Source of the DNA: Octopus vulgaris
Lineage: Eukaryota
Direction of reading: 5' to 3'
Length of the DNA stretch: 64,000 nucleotides
Assembly: GCA_951406725.2 (NCBI GenBank)
Contig: OX597830.1
Coordinates: 38,998,001-39,062,000 of the forward strand
The notes beneath the pieces were generated by a model, which was given only the letters and a program-made list of their open reading frames with translations, was not told the DNA's origin and ran no database searches. How positions within the stretch are numbered: the first letter of the stretch is position 1; each line of letters opens with the position of its first letter. Positions 42,950 through 57,494 of the stretch are shown piece after piece. The translations under genes were made by a program, and so were the position numbers.

Positions 42950-43745
42950 TCCAAATGTGTGAACGTGTCATGAAATTTGTTCGAAAACAATTGTTCGAGA
43001 ACAGTTATTCGAAAACAGAAATATTAATGTTTCTCAATCTCTCTAAAGGAGACTATGCGACAATACTGGATATTAATATTTATCGCCAAGCTAACATGGC
43101 AGTTCAGTAAAATAGAACGAATGTTGCTGTTGATTAGCTGCAAGAGGCCATCCCCTCTAGCTATCTATGAGACACACATATCTGCCGTATTTCTATTTTT
43201 GAAAACCAGTGGATGTATTCTACTGAATATAGGTAAATAAACCTTCGAACAGACGGTCAGCAGAGACGCCTGCTGGGTTCGACTACTCCACATTGATAAG
43301 AGGCAAATACCTTGAAACTAGTCTGTGGATGTTGAACCAGCAAAGGGCAGCTGCTGACCTCCCCTGTTCGAAGATTGTAATGGACACAGGTTTGTATGTC
43401 ACATAGCTAGCTAGAGGCGATGGCCCCTTGGAGTTAATCAACGGCAACACCCGTCCTATTTTCCTGGACTGCAATGTTATCTTTGCGATAACTATCAATA
43501 TTCGGAAGCAATTATGCGAAAAACAGTTATTTGAAATTAATATCATTTGTATACCTAATTTTTAGTTTTATCATTTATGTTTAAATAAATGTTTTAAAAA
43601 ATTAGAATAATTAACATTTCGTATAATTGTCCTTTTGAATAATTTTCATTCATACAATTTTCAATTCGAACAAATGATTTTTGAATAAGTGCTTTCGAAT
43701 AATTGTTTTCGAACAATTATTTTCGAACAATGTTCACATAATCTG
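42950..43745. mobile_element. Fold-back DNA element with long inverted repeats and ttcgaa-containing subterminal tandem units
   Basis: ~43065-43205 is inverted against ~43368-43505. Outer arms carry ~15-bp units such as ttcgaaaacaattg and aattgttttcgaa. Confidence 0.7.
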
Positions 43746-45966
43746 TGCGGAAGGTATCTTGAAACAACGGATTTTGTAATGTAGACCACGATTTATTAGA
43801 ACTAAACGAAGAATTATATGACAGTTCATCATTCGCATTATGTAGAGAAGCTGACGTGAGGCTGAACAACGATAACAACGAGACAGTCTATTCACTTCAA
43901 CGCCATCAATCAAATAGTTATGGAGATTAATGAATATTGTATTACAAAATAATCATGTTCTGCTTATGGTACCTCATGGTACCTATTTATTTATAGATGC
44001 AAGGAATTAGGTTGAATCCAAATCCAGAACTCCAAATGGTAGTAGAAGAATATGGTGCATCGAACTAACCCGTAGTTGTTTCAACTACGTATACACGAAG
44101 CTAGATTCGAGAAAAAATATCCGAACGAGTTAGGATAACTTTATTATTCCTTGAAGAACAAAAATATATGATAGAAAATTATATGTTTTCTTATGTTTTT
44201 TTCTTATGGTAGATACAATAAGCAATTTCATTATCAGTAAAATATGTTATTTACTAATTATAGCAACACGCAAGTGCTGCAAATAAATATAAATAATCTG
44301 CAGAAACGGAACAAGTCCGCTTTCTATCTGATTGTAATAATCAAACATAATGTACAGTATATTATTAGAACCATCAGTATGTAGATCGGTGTCGCGACAA
44401 AATTAATAAAACGTATCAATATGTCACGAACCAAAAATTCGCATGGAAGATTGGTTGGCACAAAAACGAAGAAAATTAAGAAAAAGTGGTTTGCCAAATG
44501 CTAGGTCCCATTTCCAACGCACAAATTTTCATTCGTGCTATATATGAACAAATATTTTTAGAATTTTCAATCTATTATTATTCGTTTTGTTGTACCACAA
44601 CATTCCTCCCCCCGCACCCCGAAAAGAGATGGTTATTTCTTGCTACGCTCATCGTTTAACTTAAAGCTGATATGACGTTCAGGAAAACTTGACTATCTTC
44701 TAGTCGACGCTCACACATTTTGAAATACTTCTCAAAAACTTTAGCCAAGATTTTAAGTTATTTCTAGTTAAAGCAAAACTAGTATTCTAAAATACTTGTC
44801 CGAAAAAATCAGTAATGTTTTAATCTAGATATCTCTTCTGCATTCAAAGCTATATATTGTTTTGCAAAATTTTCCACAATTGAAGTTACATAAATCTAAC
44901 CATTTCTTAGGAGGTGAGTATTGTACCGTTCCATATATTAATGCAATGCAACACATTTGTATAAAATTAATACAATTAATAGAATATAATTAATTGCGTT
45001 GCTTATTCACTTCGGAAATCATGAATGATAAGTCATTCGCAACAGCATTCGAAATAAGAATATGAAGAAGCATTACTGCATTTACATATGATTGATTCCA
45101 GTACTCAACCGTCTGTGATTCAGCTGTTTAAAGGCTATATTCCATGACTTTACAGAAGGGTTACATCCTAATGTTTGGTACATGATTCAAAGATATCAAG
45201 GCTGGTAACATTGGCTCCTCAATTGAAGAGAACATCTCTGCAGCAAAGATGAATAATTGATTAATTATAATTACTTTATCGATCTCTTTTATGAAAGGGT
45301 AAATTCATGAGCAGATAATGAATGGTAATGTATAAGTGTGTCTACATACACCAGTATAAATATATTCACATGCATGTACACACAAACACACATATATACA
45401 CACGTACGCACGAGCGCGCATACACACATATATAGTTCTTGTCTACGAGAATGATACTTTGGTGTACAGCCTGTTTCCGGTCGTCTCAAATAACGCTGGC
45501 CGACCGGAATGTAAACCTGTTCCGTCTGAAATATGAATGTAGTTCTATATATGTTCAATGCATTATAGCTAATATACCTTTATAGCTCGGTGCCTTCTTA
45601 GAACAATAAATAGGATGGTGTTAAAAGTTATTGTTGTTGCGATCGTCGATGTATCAAGCATGCATGCGATGATCAAATGTCAATATCGTTGTTAGTATCT
45701 TCCTCATGCCGTAGGATAAGTGGGGTATTTGCAGAAACGTGCGATACTCCTTTCAAGTAAGGGTTTGTGGTCCAGACTACTACGCCCTTTTAATAAGTAA
45801 CAACCGTAACTAACGTTGGTCTTGTATGATGGAATATCAGCAAAGAAACGAACAGCTCTGCAAAGAATATTGGCACTTTGTTTAATAGGCTTATTATTAA
45901 ATACTACACGTATTCACACCGACCTTAGATTCCTGGCATAATTTTTAATTTCAATAACAAATACAC

Positions 45967-46003
<37 letters not shown>

Positions 46004-46444
46004 TACACACAAACACACATCTTTTCTCTCTCTCTCTCTCTCTCTCCTACATACACCTGCACACGTTCTTTATATCTTTCTCTCTCACTCACACACACAC
46101 TGGCACACACACATTAACAGTACACTGAGAAAACGTCTAAAAATTTGCTCTTCCAACCATACGCGGAATGAGAATACACTAAAATACATTTGAAATGTTT
46201 TTGATGTTTTATATTGGAGATATTTGGTACCCAGTCAATTCATTATTTTGGAGTCTTTATTTAAAATGAAATACAATGGACTGTACAGACGTAAAGTAAA
46301 TCAACTTTTATGTACATTTACAAAATTCTTACTACAATTAAGAACAATTGACATTATTCCTAATAGCTCAATCACAAATATACACCTGGAACCACATCAC
46401 CTTTTATAGGCAATGAATATATAGGCAATATTTCAATCAGCAGT

Positions 46445-46660
46445 GACCGGCGAACTGGCTGAACCGTTGGCACGCCGGACAAAATAGCGGCATTTCGATC
46501 GCCTGTATGTTCTGAGTTCAAATTCCGCCGAGGTCGACTTCAACTTTCATCCTTTCGGGGTCGATAAAGTACGTACCAGTTAAACACTGGGGAAGATGTA
46601 ATCGACTTAACCCCTTCTCTTGAAACTGCTGGCCTTGTACCAAAATCTGAAACCAATAGT
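46445..46660 (+). mobile_element. SINE family A
   Basis: Core gttctgagttcaaattccgccgaggtcgac...catcctttcggggtcgataaa. Confidence 0.88.
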
Positions 46661-47550
46661 TCACTCACAAGAACTTTTTTTCTCTTCATACAACTTCAGC
46701 CCTCCACAAACTTCTTAATCACACGTTTATAACATTACATTTTTCTGCTATTTCAATTATGCCTTATGAAACCAGTCAACTTCTGTTACCGCTATTAAAT
46801 TACCCGTATTTATTGCACCTGCCATCACTACAGTATGAACCTAATTTTCAGGGCATTTGTTAGAATTACGCATATTCATACAATAGTACCATATAAAGTC
46901 CTTCCACCCCTTCCACCCCTTCCACCGCTTCCATCACCCATCTATCATTGTTTTCTCCTTGTCTTCTTTCACTCTCATCCATCTCATATAAATAAAACCA
47001 ATGTTTAATAGAATAACAAATAAACGAATTACATTAAAAATATAAAGCATATTTATATACGGCTATCACATCCTTATAATGCTCACCTGCCAAGCCCAAA
47101 TTAAACAGGAAATAAAAGGATTACATATTTGTGTAGCTAGAAATATTTAGACTATATAAACACAACACCGGCCTCTCCAGGATTGCATGATTTAATTACA
47201 GATGTTGACATTTTAATTTTGGCATCGCGTACCCATCTTACTTTCAATGAAATTCTTAAATTACTTCCCATTAACAACCTAGCCTTTGCATCATAACAAC
47301 TAATGGAATTCGTCGCTGCTTTTTAAATGATGCATATTTTCACAGTATCATATAACCTTATTCATCTCCAACTGCCCGCCTTTACCAACTATTCTTTTGC
47401 TTTCACATACACACGTAAACACGTGTAATTTCATATCAAAGATATGTATGTGTAATAATCTTATCCCCAGATATGCCAGTGTCTCTCTATTCATCTATCT
47501 CACTCTCCCACTCTCGCTCTCTGATGATGATGATGATGATGATATATGTA

Positions 47551-47600
47551 CTGGCAGAGATACCCGGCGTCGCCCGGGTTAAAGAGAATAATGAAATTTT
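47551..47600 (-). mobile_element. Helitron 3' end (upstream extent uncertain)
   Basis: actggcagagatacccggcgtcgcccggg matches the hairpin and CTAG-like ends at 35381 and 55558. Confidence 0.6.
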
Positions 47601-49902
47601 AAAATGCCGTCTGGATTACGTAGGTCTCAACTGCGAGTAGCTGAGATATTAACCTTCTACAGTAATAACTCTCCAGCCCATGCAATCATGGAACATAGAT
47701 GCTAAGTGTAATGGTAAAAGAGCGTTTTCAACTCATATATGTATATATTCAAAAACACGTTTTGTCTTACTTATTTCGTAACCAAAAAACAGGTACAGAT
47801 TATAAACAACGAAAAGCCGATCTTGATAATTCATTTGACAAATGTAGTAGAGAGACAATCCGATGATAAACCTAACCCTGGTTCTTAAAAGTTTGCATGA
47901 ATCCTGGCTCGGATAAATCTATTGTGGCTCCAAATGATTCATCTATAGTGCAGTGTTGTATTGTCTGATATGGTTTTGGAAGTGCTTGGTATCTTGGTCA
48001 GTTGATGACAACAATCTCTGCAATCGAGCGACCGCAGACCGATACTTTTATAGCATAGCTTGATTTATGTTAATACTTATATAATTCAAAGGTGGAGATT
48101 GTTCAGTTCTATGGCAGTAAGGGTGACAATGCTACACGAGTATTACTTGCTTAAAAGAAGAATCACGACCTTCACAACATCTTTTTTACTGTTTAAATGT
48201 CATAATACATTTGATTAAGCAGTTTACAGTAGGAGATTCGAGAAAAATTCACTCAACTACGTGACATTCACTTGGAGATAATAAAACTATCGTTATCAAA
48301 GAATCGCTAAAAATGCATCAAAGAAAATACCCAGTGAAACATGCAAACACTTCATCAACTTTATTTGATAATCGGATGACACAGCAAACAATTTGAAACA
48401 CATTTTTGCATATATAGTACAAATCCCTGGCAAAAATGTTTTAAAATCGAAGTTTATTGCAGAGGAAAATTGATTTATTCAGGTTGAAATACTACAATAT
48501 AGTTTATAACGCCGAATATAAAGCTTGATAGAAAAAAGAATGATTAAACATTTATTCTGATTTTATTTACCCCATGTGTTTAGGTTTGCTTAAATGAGAC
48601 GTGTTTCATTTATAATGTAATATAAATTATAATTCAGACTCGACTTGCAGCAGTGAGCATTTTCTTCATTAGTTGCCCACACGAAATTCCAGCTGTTTTC
48701 TCCCCTCACGAGAATATCATTCCCTCCTGTGTCACGGAGCGGCATTTTAGTTTCCAGTCGAGACTAAAGCTTACTTTACTCTCTTCTTATTTATGAAACT
48801 ACCACATCAAAAACTAGTAACATCTGAAAAAATGCCTACAAATGAGCAGCTATTTTACTTTACTTCTTCGTAATTTAATATTTATTTGTCATGTCATATC
48901 CATGATTAAGCAGCCCCCGCTTCTACCTGAAGTTTATGAAAACACTGGTCAACCACGCTGAATTACTTTGGAAATTGTTACCAAATTGTAACTAGCATTC
49001 CTTCAACAAATCTAGCAAAACTGAATGGTAAAACACATAGATCAGAGTGAGTAAGGAGAATCACTAGTCACCTGCTTCTGAGAAAGATATGAAAATGTTT
49101 GGGCTTATATTTACGTTTCAAAATTATTTCCAATTTAGCGATCTCGCAATGCAAGCTAAGTCCTGTATTGTTGAATTATAGAGAATACCCCACCTTGATT
49201 TAAGAGAGAGCTTTCTCGGTAAACTAACGAAATTATCCATCTCTCTATTGGTCCTGCTCTACGAATTTAGAATCATAAATATTTCGCCGATTTTTTGGTA
49301 ATGCATGCTAGTTTCCTTTTAAAAACTGTTCTAATAAAATCAATTCATAGTTTTTGAGATTATAGAATAAAATGAATCAAAAGTATGAGATCACCATTAC
49401 TCTGCCTTCAACGCTTGTATACGTGGCACAGAAACGTGTATACAATTCTCTAATAATTTACTATTTTTGTGCATAGAAAGTTACAGTGGCAATTTGGCGT
49501 TAATTTCCGAACAGAAACTAAACATTATCACATCTGGTCGTCATCGATTTTTTTTTTGTATTCTCTTCTATTCCAAATAAGTAATTTCAAAATGATATTT
49601 ATATTTATATCGAAATTCAATCAAAAGCAAGCAGTACATTTTTTATTTGCATTCAATTGTCCGATTCTTTTTTCAGATATTTCAGTTGAACTCCATATAA
49701 CCAAGGCTTAACAACAGAGATACTCTAATACATATATAGTTTAATATATACTTACACAAGACGACGAGCTTGTATAAACGTCAGCACGCCGGGCGAAATG
49801 CTCAGCGGTATTGTTAAGAATAACATATTTAACAGAAATATTTTTTCTATTAATAGATTATTTCTATTTCACTGATATCTCCAGTCATGCAAATTTTTTG
49901 TG

Positions 49903-50066
49903 TAGGCGTGGCTGTGAGCTAACAAGCTTGCTTCTCAACCATATAGTTTCAGGTTCAGTCCCAATGCGTTGCACCTTGGGCAGGTGTGTTCTGCTGTAGC
50001 CTCAGGTCAGCCCAAAACCTTGTGAGCGGATTTGGTAGACGGAAACTGAAAGAAGCCCGTCGTGTG

Positions 50067-50100
<34 letters not shown>

Positions 50101-50390
50101 TGTATATATATCTATATATATATGTGCGTGTATGTATATATATATATATATACATACATATATATTGTGCGTGTTTGTGGCTGTGTTTCTTTGTGTCTGT
50201 TCCCCACCAGCGCTTGACAACGGGTGCTGGATTCTTGAAGTCCCCATAACTTAGTGGTTCAAAAAACGAAATTAATAGAATAAGTACTAGACTTAAAAGA
50301 AAGTCCCAGAGTCGAATTCTTCGACTAAAAAAACCTTCAATACTGTGCCCCAGCATGGCCGCAGTCAAATAACTGAAACATGTAAAAGAA
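49903..50390 (+). mobile_element. Full-length SINE family B with an internal microsatellite
   Basis: B-box-like ggttcagtccc, caccttgggcag, ggatttggtagacggaaactgaaagaagcccgtcg, tail ccagcatggccgcagtcaaataactgaaac. Confidence 0.88.
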
Positions 50391-51021
50391 GAAGGAAATA
50401 CTAATTTGAGAATTGAACACAAAAAATATTTCCCTTCGAAGCGAGCAAACAATTCCAAAATCACTGGATATTTAGTTTCAAGTTGATTGGATGTAGAACA
50501 CTTCTTAGAACAAGTAATTATGGAATATATTAATTGTATGTTTCAACTTTTACCCTTTCATATTTTGTCGTATAAAATCAAACTTGAAAATATGCAATGA
50601 CTAAGTTTCTTACCAACTATACAACTAAATATGTTTATCCAAGCAGCTTCTCTGGGAAAGATTTAAATTTATTCAAGTAAATTCAGTAATGTGATAGAAA
50701 TAGACCCATACTACTTGATCAAAAGCTTTGAAAAATATTTATAACGGCATAAGCCCAAAAATTATTTAGTAACTATATTAAGTAAGCAATATTTAAATCT
50801 ATCGACCTCTTAATTATCAGGCAGCGAGGGATTGATTGTTGAATAAAAATCTATTTAAAATATAGAGTGTAATTAACTTTACTCATCTATAAATCATAAG
50901 ATGGTTAAAGACGTAAGTGAAACTGATATATATATATATAGTATATATTTAATCAATTAAGAAACTGTATTTTTATCTTTATATTGATCAGCAAGAAAGG
51001 ACAAAGTATGTTTAGTTATAT

Positions 51022-51387
51022 GAAGCACTCCGTTGGTTACGACGATGAGGGTTCCGGTTGATCCGAATCAACGGAACAGCCTGCTCGTGAAATTAATGTG
51101 TAAGTGGCTGAGCACTCCACATACACGTGTACCCTTAACGTAGTTCTCGGAGATATTCAGCGTGACACAGAGAGTGACAAGGCCGGCCCCTTGAAATACA
51201 GGTACAACAGAAACAGGAAGTAAGAGTGAGAGAAAGTTGTGGTGAAAGAGTACAGCAGGGATCACCACCATCCCCTACCGGAGCCTCGTGGAGCTTTTTA
51301 GGTGTTTTCACAACGCCCGGTCTGGGAATCGAAACCGCGATCCTATGACCGCCGCGAGTCCGCTGCCCTAACCACTGGGCCATTGCA
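51022..51387 (-). mobile_element. Full-length SINE family C
   Basis: Reverse complement of 25405-25793. 11-bp TSD tttagttatat at 51011-51021 and 51388-51398. Confidence 0.92.
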
Positions 51388-51496
51388 TTTAGTTATATAA
51401 GCAGGGTAGAAACACAAGTGTTAATTAAATTTAAAGTTTTTAGTCGGCTATTCTTCACTCTGTAGATTTCTCGTTGCCGCAAATATAGATGATTTA

Positions 51497-51622
51497 ATGT
51501 TGGTTTCAAACTTTGGCTCAAATACAGCAACTTCGGGGGAGTGGGTAAATCGATCAACTGGTACTTATTTTATCCTCCCACACAAGAATGAAAGGTAAAG
51601 CCTGCATCGACGGAATTCGAAC
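51497..51622 (-). mobile_element. Degenerate SINE family A 3' part
   Basis: ttggtttcaaactttgg...aactggtacttattttatc...gaatgaaagg. Confidence 0.65.
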
Positions 51623-52519
51623 TACTTTGTTGACCATTTTTTGTGTCATGTTTCAATTTTGCTTGTTAAAGTTAGCATATTTAGCTGCATGCTTAAGCTA
51701 GTTATTATCTTCTCTTTTTTTTTTATTCAATATCAACTTATTTCGACCACCAATGAGATGAGGGGAGTACTCTGCAACAGATTCTATAAAATGAAATATT
51801 TGAAAAAGAGAAATTTATATGCACAGACACACACACAATCATACTATCTCACAAACATATATTTTTAAACCCTTTATACTTTTCCCTAAATCCAAGTTCA
51901 AAGCGGGTTAGGAAAAATCACTCCACCATGGAATAGCATTTACAACAGTAACACTTAGATGTCTCCATATTTGTCACAAATATTTGTTTTTTATTTAAAA
52001 AAAACACAACCAATAACATTAAAAGTAATGGAAAAAAGAAAACAATCACCGATCCTGAATATGTGCTCAGGGACAAAATACATGTGTAATTCAAAATATC
52101 AGCATTGGCCATGATGAAATCTGCACTAGCATAATCGTTCTATTTTGCATACTAGCATTTCGGAAAAATGCGAAGAACTCATTCTTTCTATCAAAGACAC
52201 CGTAAAACAACAAACAAGTACAAACGTTGAAATGTGTACGCTGGGGAGTTGGCCAGCGATTCTGGCATGCCTAAGCCCGCACTCAGCGGAAAATATGATC
52301 TGGTAGAGTGTCAGAGTGTAAAAATTGTATTTATAAGCTGAGGGGGCAAGACATGGAGGGATTAAGGTTAGAGTTATTGACGTTAACTGAACAGCTTATT
52401 CGAACAACTTGACCTCACTCGTTGACCTCGTTTTATATTATCATATTGTGGACAGATGTTCATATGTACATGCAAGTATAGATAAATATAAATAAATAAA
52501 TAAATGTCCCTCTAGCATT

Positions 52520-52692
52520 ACTTGACGACTGATGCTGGTGTGTTTATGTCCCAGTCACGGTTCGGCAAAAGAGACGAATAGAATAAGTACTGGGCTTACA
52601 ACAAATAAGTCCCGGGGTCGATTTGCTCGACTAAAGGCGGTGCTGGATCATGGCCGCTGTCAAATGACTGAAACAAGTAAAACAGTAAAAGA
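52520..52692 (+). mobile_element. SINE family B 3' half
   Basis: gctggtgtgttt...taagtactgggctta...gtcgatttgctcgactaaaggcggtgct...gtcaaatgactgaaacaagtaaaa. Confidence 0.85.
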
Positions 52693-52693
52693 G

Positions 52694-52782
<89 letters not shown>

Positions 52783-52960
52783 TGTATGTGTATGTATGTA
52801 TGTATGTATGTATGTATGTATGTATGTATGTATGCTTGTATGTATGTATGTATGTATGTATGTATGTATGTGCGTATGTATATAAAGGATGGGGTAGAAA
52901 TAGCATAGAAGTAAGTCTAAGATATTTCAATTTATGAGGGAATTTAGTTATGTAAAGAAA

Positions 52961-52998
52961 ATATTACCGGTTTCGATGTATCTCATTTTATCAAATAT
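52961..52998 (-). ncRNA. Minimal hammerhead motif (U3-A8), degenerate
   Basis: Minus strand atat-TTGATAA-aATG-agata-CATc-GAAA-CCGG-TA-atat. The 10.1-11.1 pair is mismatched. Confidence 0.45.
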
Positions 52999-54549
52999 CA
53001 GTAAAAGTTTATAAAGAATTGAAGTTAAAATAGTTTATCTTCTGTCTGGGGGTCAAGAACATGTCTAAATATATATAAATATATATGTGTGTTTGTGTGT
53101 GTGTATGTGTGTGTGAGTGTGTGTTTGTCTGTGTGTATAAATACATAAATACAAACATCAGGGCATCCATACATATATGCATACACTTATATTTATATAG
53201 TGTTTATTGTAATTATATTATATGCAATATTTGAATGATTCTCCCGCGTGGGGGTATAATTATCATCATTACAAATATCAATATTCGTTTTTGATATATA
53301 ATTTAAGACAAACTTCACCGTACTAAATTATTTCTTTAAGGAGATAGGGAAATATTTCAACTAACAATTTATACTATAAAGAGTTTCAAATATATTCACG
53401 ATTTTTTCTATGTCAGTGACACTACAGGATGTAGAATTCCATTTAATTACAATTGTAAAAGTTCATATTTGGTGAATGTTTTTAAAATGATTATTTAGCT
53501 AATAAATCTTTGAAGTTGTACTAGACCACTTATGAGTACATACATAAATCTATGCGGATTCATAACTGAATTTTATTTAGACACGCTATGAAATTATTAT
53601 ACAGGAAGACACATTTTCGCAGCAAGACTCACCACCATAAATTTGCTTTGCACAGCAGTAGAAAATCGATAAACAAGGCGACTAATCTTTAAATAACCTA
53701 TCCGTTACTAAGGGTAATAAATAGAATAATATTCTTGATTTATTAGTTTCTGGTTTCAAAGCAAATTTAATTTTACATGAAATACACACATATTTACATA
53801 TATGTGAGCTAGTGTCTTGAGTATGAATGTGTGAGTGTTTGTGTATGTAAGTGCATACGCACGTTTGTTAAATTTTAATAAGTAGAGTTCAAATGTTTAA
53901 CTGTCGGCTACCACTGGTATCTTGTAAAAAAGGAATGTGGCTGAGTGTAGTTTATATATATATATGTCACATTCTTTAGGTGTGGATCAATAATAAATCA
54001 TACATTTTCAATAATAACATATACTATTATTAATTATTTCTAATTGTGCAAATGCTGTCTACGACTGGTTTCCGGAAACATCGAAACGATATGATGGGTC
54101 TATATTTATTTCATATTCTTCAGATATGGCTCAATATCAAATCAAAATAAATTTGCAGTATGACAAGATATCTCTTTAATGAAACGTGCTTCGTCACACA
54201 TTTCGTAAATCTCATTTCCAAAGAGATTTAACCAAATAAACATGTGGCGTATTTCTGCATTTATTGGGTGAGATCAGAGGATGTAAGTTAATCATATACC
54301 CACTACAAGGGCTACATACGTCCAGATGAAACTAGTGGTAGTCTGTATATAATTACCTTGTATTCATTTCCAATTACATATTTTACCCTTCACCAAATGC
54401 ACTCGATGTTTATTGGTTTAAATAAGAGAAAAAGCATAAACGTACATATATACATGCATACACCAACGCCATCACCTCCTACTAGCTACGACCAAAGCAA
54501 TCAGAGCTGCAAAATGCCCAATGCTTTTATTATTCATCATGCATTAATG

Positions 54550-55238
54550 TGCAGGAAACTCCTTGCGTTTGTGGATACAGAGAGGTTCACTGTGGGCACT
54601 GAGATGAATCGCAGGAATTCTCAAGTGATTGCATATAACCCTTCTGACGTTCCGTGTTTGAAACTAAGAATCCTGCCTCTGTGATGGTATTTGGAGCCAT
54701 GGCAAGTGATGGAAGTGTCATGGGTCCATATTTTATTGTGTCTGGCTTGAAGATCGGTGCAAAGGAGTATTTGAACATCCCGAAGAACTCTCTGTTACCT
54801 TGGATGGAGCAGAAGTTTAAACTTAACAATGTGTTGCTTATCCAAGATTCTGCACCAAGCCATGACTCACAAGTAACACAGGCCCTCAATGGTGAGAAGG
54901 TGCCATTTTTTGTGAGGGGCAACATCTTGCCTGGTAATAACTCAGATCTTAGCCTTCTTGATTACTTTTTATGTGGAATATTTCAAGCAAAGACCAATGC
55001 TTCACCACACTTGAGTGTCAAAAGTTTGAAGACCTGCATCACTGTGGAAACTGCAAATACATTTTGTTGTTGTGTGGAGGGAATAATTGACCAAAAGGGG
55101 GCAGCCATATTGAGTGATAAATGTTTGTGTCGTAAACAATGTTACATTAAAATTGTATCTGTCTACTACCAATATTTTAGTATTTGTAACCAGTTTTATA
55201 CATTGTAAACATTTTCTCAATTTATCTGCCCGAACCTG
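54550..55238 (+). mobile_element. maT-like (DD37D) Tc1/mariner transposase remnant with its right end
   Basis: AFVDTERFTV (first D, other frame), VMVFG, QDSAPSH...SDLSLLDYF with 37 residues between the second and third D. Ends ...gcccgaacctg|TA in (TA)n. Confidence 0.88.
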
Positions 55239-55379
<141 letters not shown>

Positions 55380-55557
55380 GTGTGTATGTGTGCTTGTGTG
55401 TGTGTGTGAATACAATTATGTGCTTTGGCTGCAGCATCATGGTGTTTTAGCTCTTGTTTCTAGTAATGTAGGTGTTTAAACACTCTTAGTCATATTTAAT
55501 GAAAATTATAGTTTTCATTTTCGGTAACACATTGCACACCACTGCCTATATTAATTA

Positions 55558-57400
55558 CTAGCAGTACAGACCGGCGTTGCTCGGGTTTGTTTTTCAGTTG
55601 CGCTTAAAACGGCAGACTTTGATGTCGCGTTAACAAAGTTTTGACATAGTTTCAATCTAAGAATAAAAGTATAGTGTGGCGAAGCTCGAGTTTGCTCTGA
55701 ATGTACTGCAACTGTGTAATGCCGACTTCAATTGTTGGTATTGTTGGTTAATATTCCTTCTATTAACATTATGGAGAAAAAACATTACCCGTAGATTTAA
55801 AGCAAAATTAAACTCAAGTTTCGAACTGCACTGAAAATATGTTAAGAAGTGAACACTGTAACAGTATTCATTAAGAAAAAGTACAGGAAACTCCAAAACC
55901 TTAATAAGAACAGTTTGTGGTTACAAAAACACAAAACAAAATGTTATTTTGAAGCCAAACGAGTGGGCAACATGAATCGTGGTTGTACCTGTAAAATGAA
56001 TAAAATCGACTATTTTACATCACGTATAACTAAAAGAAATCTGTAAAATCAAAATATATCCATTGAAGGTTTGACATGAACATCGTAGATAGTAACAGCG
56101 TGCAGATCGCACAACTGCTACGACTGCCATACCCACAAATAAGAATCACTTAAACCAACAAAAATAATCGGCGTAGAATTCATCTTCACCGAAAAGCTAC
56201 AGCTGCACGAGCTGCATGGGAACGATGCTCAGCATGAGCTACTCTAAGAAAGTGTTTCGAGTTCAGTGTGAACTTCATCAGAGTAATGAACGAAGCATAA
56301 ACGTTACATCTTTTGTTGCCCGAGATACCAAACAGAAGACCGCAGCTCCAATGATGGAGAATATTAATCATGTACAAAATAACTTTATGTACAGTATTAT
56401 AAGGACACTGATTTAGCGTTGGTCATTCAAGAAAGTTTCACATCATCGTGACTTTACTGCTCTCGAAATACCTTGCTTATTGGCCCTGTACTGAGAAACA
56501 CCCCCAGTAGATTGGATCTGTTATCTGCTGTCTCTGCAGCTCTGGCAGATGCAGTAGAAGCAGCGTCTCTTCTCAGACGCAGCTCACGTTGAGCATCGTT
56601 CTCTGCAGCTCTGGCAAATGCCGTAGAGGCAGCGTTTCTACTCAGACGTAGTTCACGTTGAACATCGTTCTCAGCAGCGCTCGTACAGCTGCAGCCTTTC
56701 GGTCTAAACGAAGTTTATGCCGATTATTTGTATAGTATTACTTGTATAGTGCAAAAGATAAATTTTTAGACAGCCGTAGATAAGTTGGTATATTTTTTTT
56801 TAGCTAACAGCAGCTATAATATGTTGCAGCATACAAAGGCAGTGCAGTCCAAATGACTAAGCAAAATGTTCTTTCGTACACTTAAAAAATCGATTGAAAT
56901 TGCTGAATTGTACTCAACGCTGTAGCAGTTGACGACCTTGAAAATTAGTGCATCCACGCAGCGAACATTACTCCTCTGCATTGGATCAGCTGATCCGTCG
57001 TTCGCTCAAAACCAATGACTTCACAAAAAAATTATTTTCGAGCCTTTAGAATTGGAATTTGCATTATGTAGCTTGTTATTCTCTTAAAGTGAACATTTTT
57101 ATGGTTCAAATACACTGAAAAATGGTGATAAAGCAGTCAAAAAAAATCTTTAAAAACTGAGATTTTCATAGATAAAAAGCACTTTTTTGATGTAAATAAT
57201 TTTTAGTTTTAACATGGTCCCATTTGAATTATTTCTTCTACGGAATAAAGAGCAAGCCTTCTCTTCTATCATACTCTCAATTTTGGTCAATTTGCGCCAA
57301 AGGGTCTCGGAGAAGATAGTATTAGTTGAAGGCTACCAACCCTGCCACACACACACATACACACACACACACACAGACAACTTCAGTTATATATATATAT
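55558..57400 (-). mobile_element. Helitron deletion derivative
   Basis: 3' CTAG|T plus hairpin (ctagcagtacagaccggcgttgctcggg). The 5' region acagacaacttcagttatata resembles the 35381 copy. Contains a coding remnant. Confidence 0.75.
56531..56680 (-). repeat. 69-bp tandem repeat encoding 23-aa STPR-like units
   Basis: ENDVQRELRLSRNAASTAFARAA-ENDAQRELRLRRDAASTASARAA-ET. Confidence 0.75.
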
Positions 57401-57416
57401 ATATAAATATATATAT

Positions 57417-57494
<78 letters not shown>

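Noticed and set aside
56240-56285. Minus-strand CTGATGA-agttca-cac-tgaact-c-GAAA
   Set aside because: The G10.1-C11.1 pair is missing, stem III does not form and no valid NUH abuts stem I. It lies within Helitron sequence.
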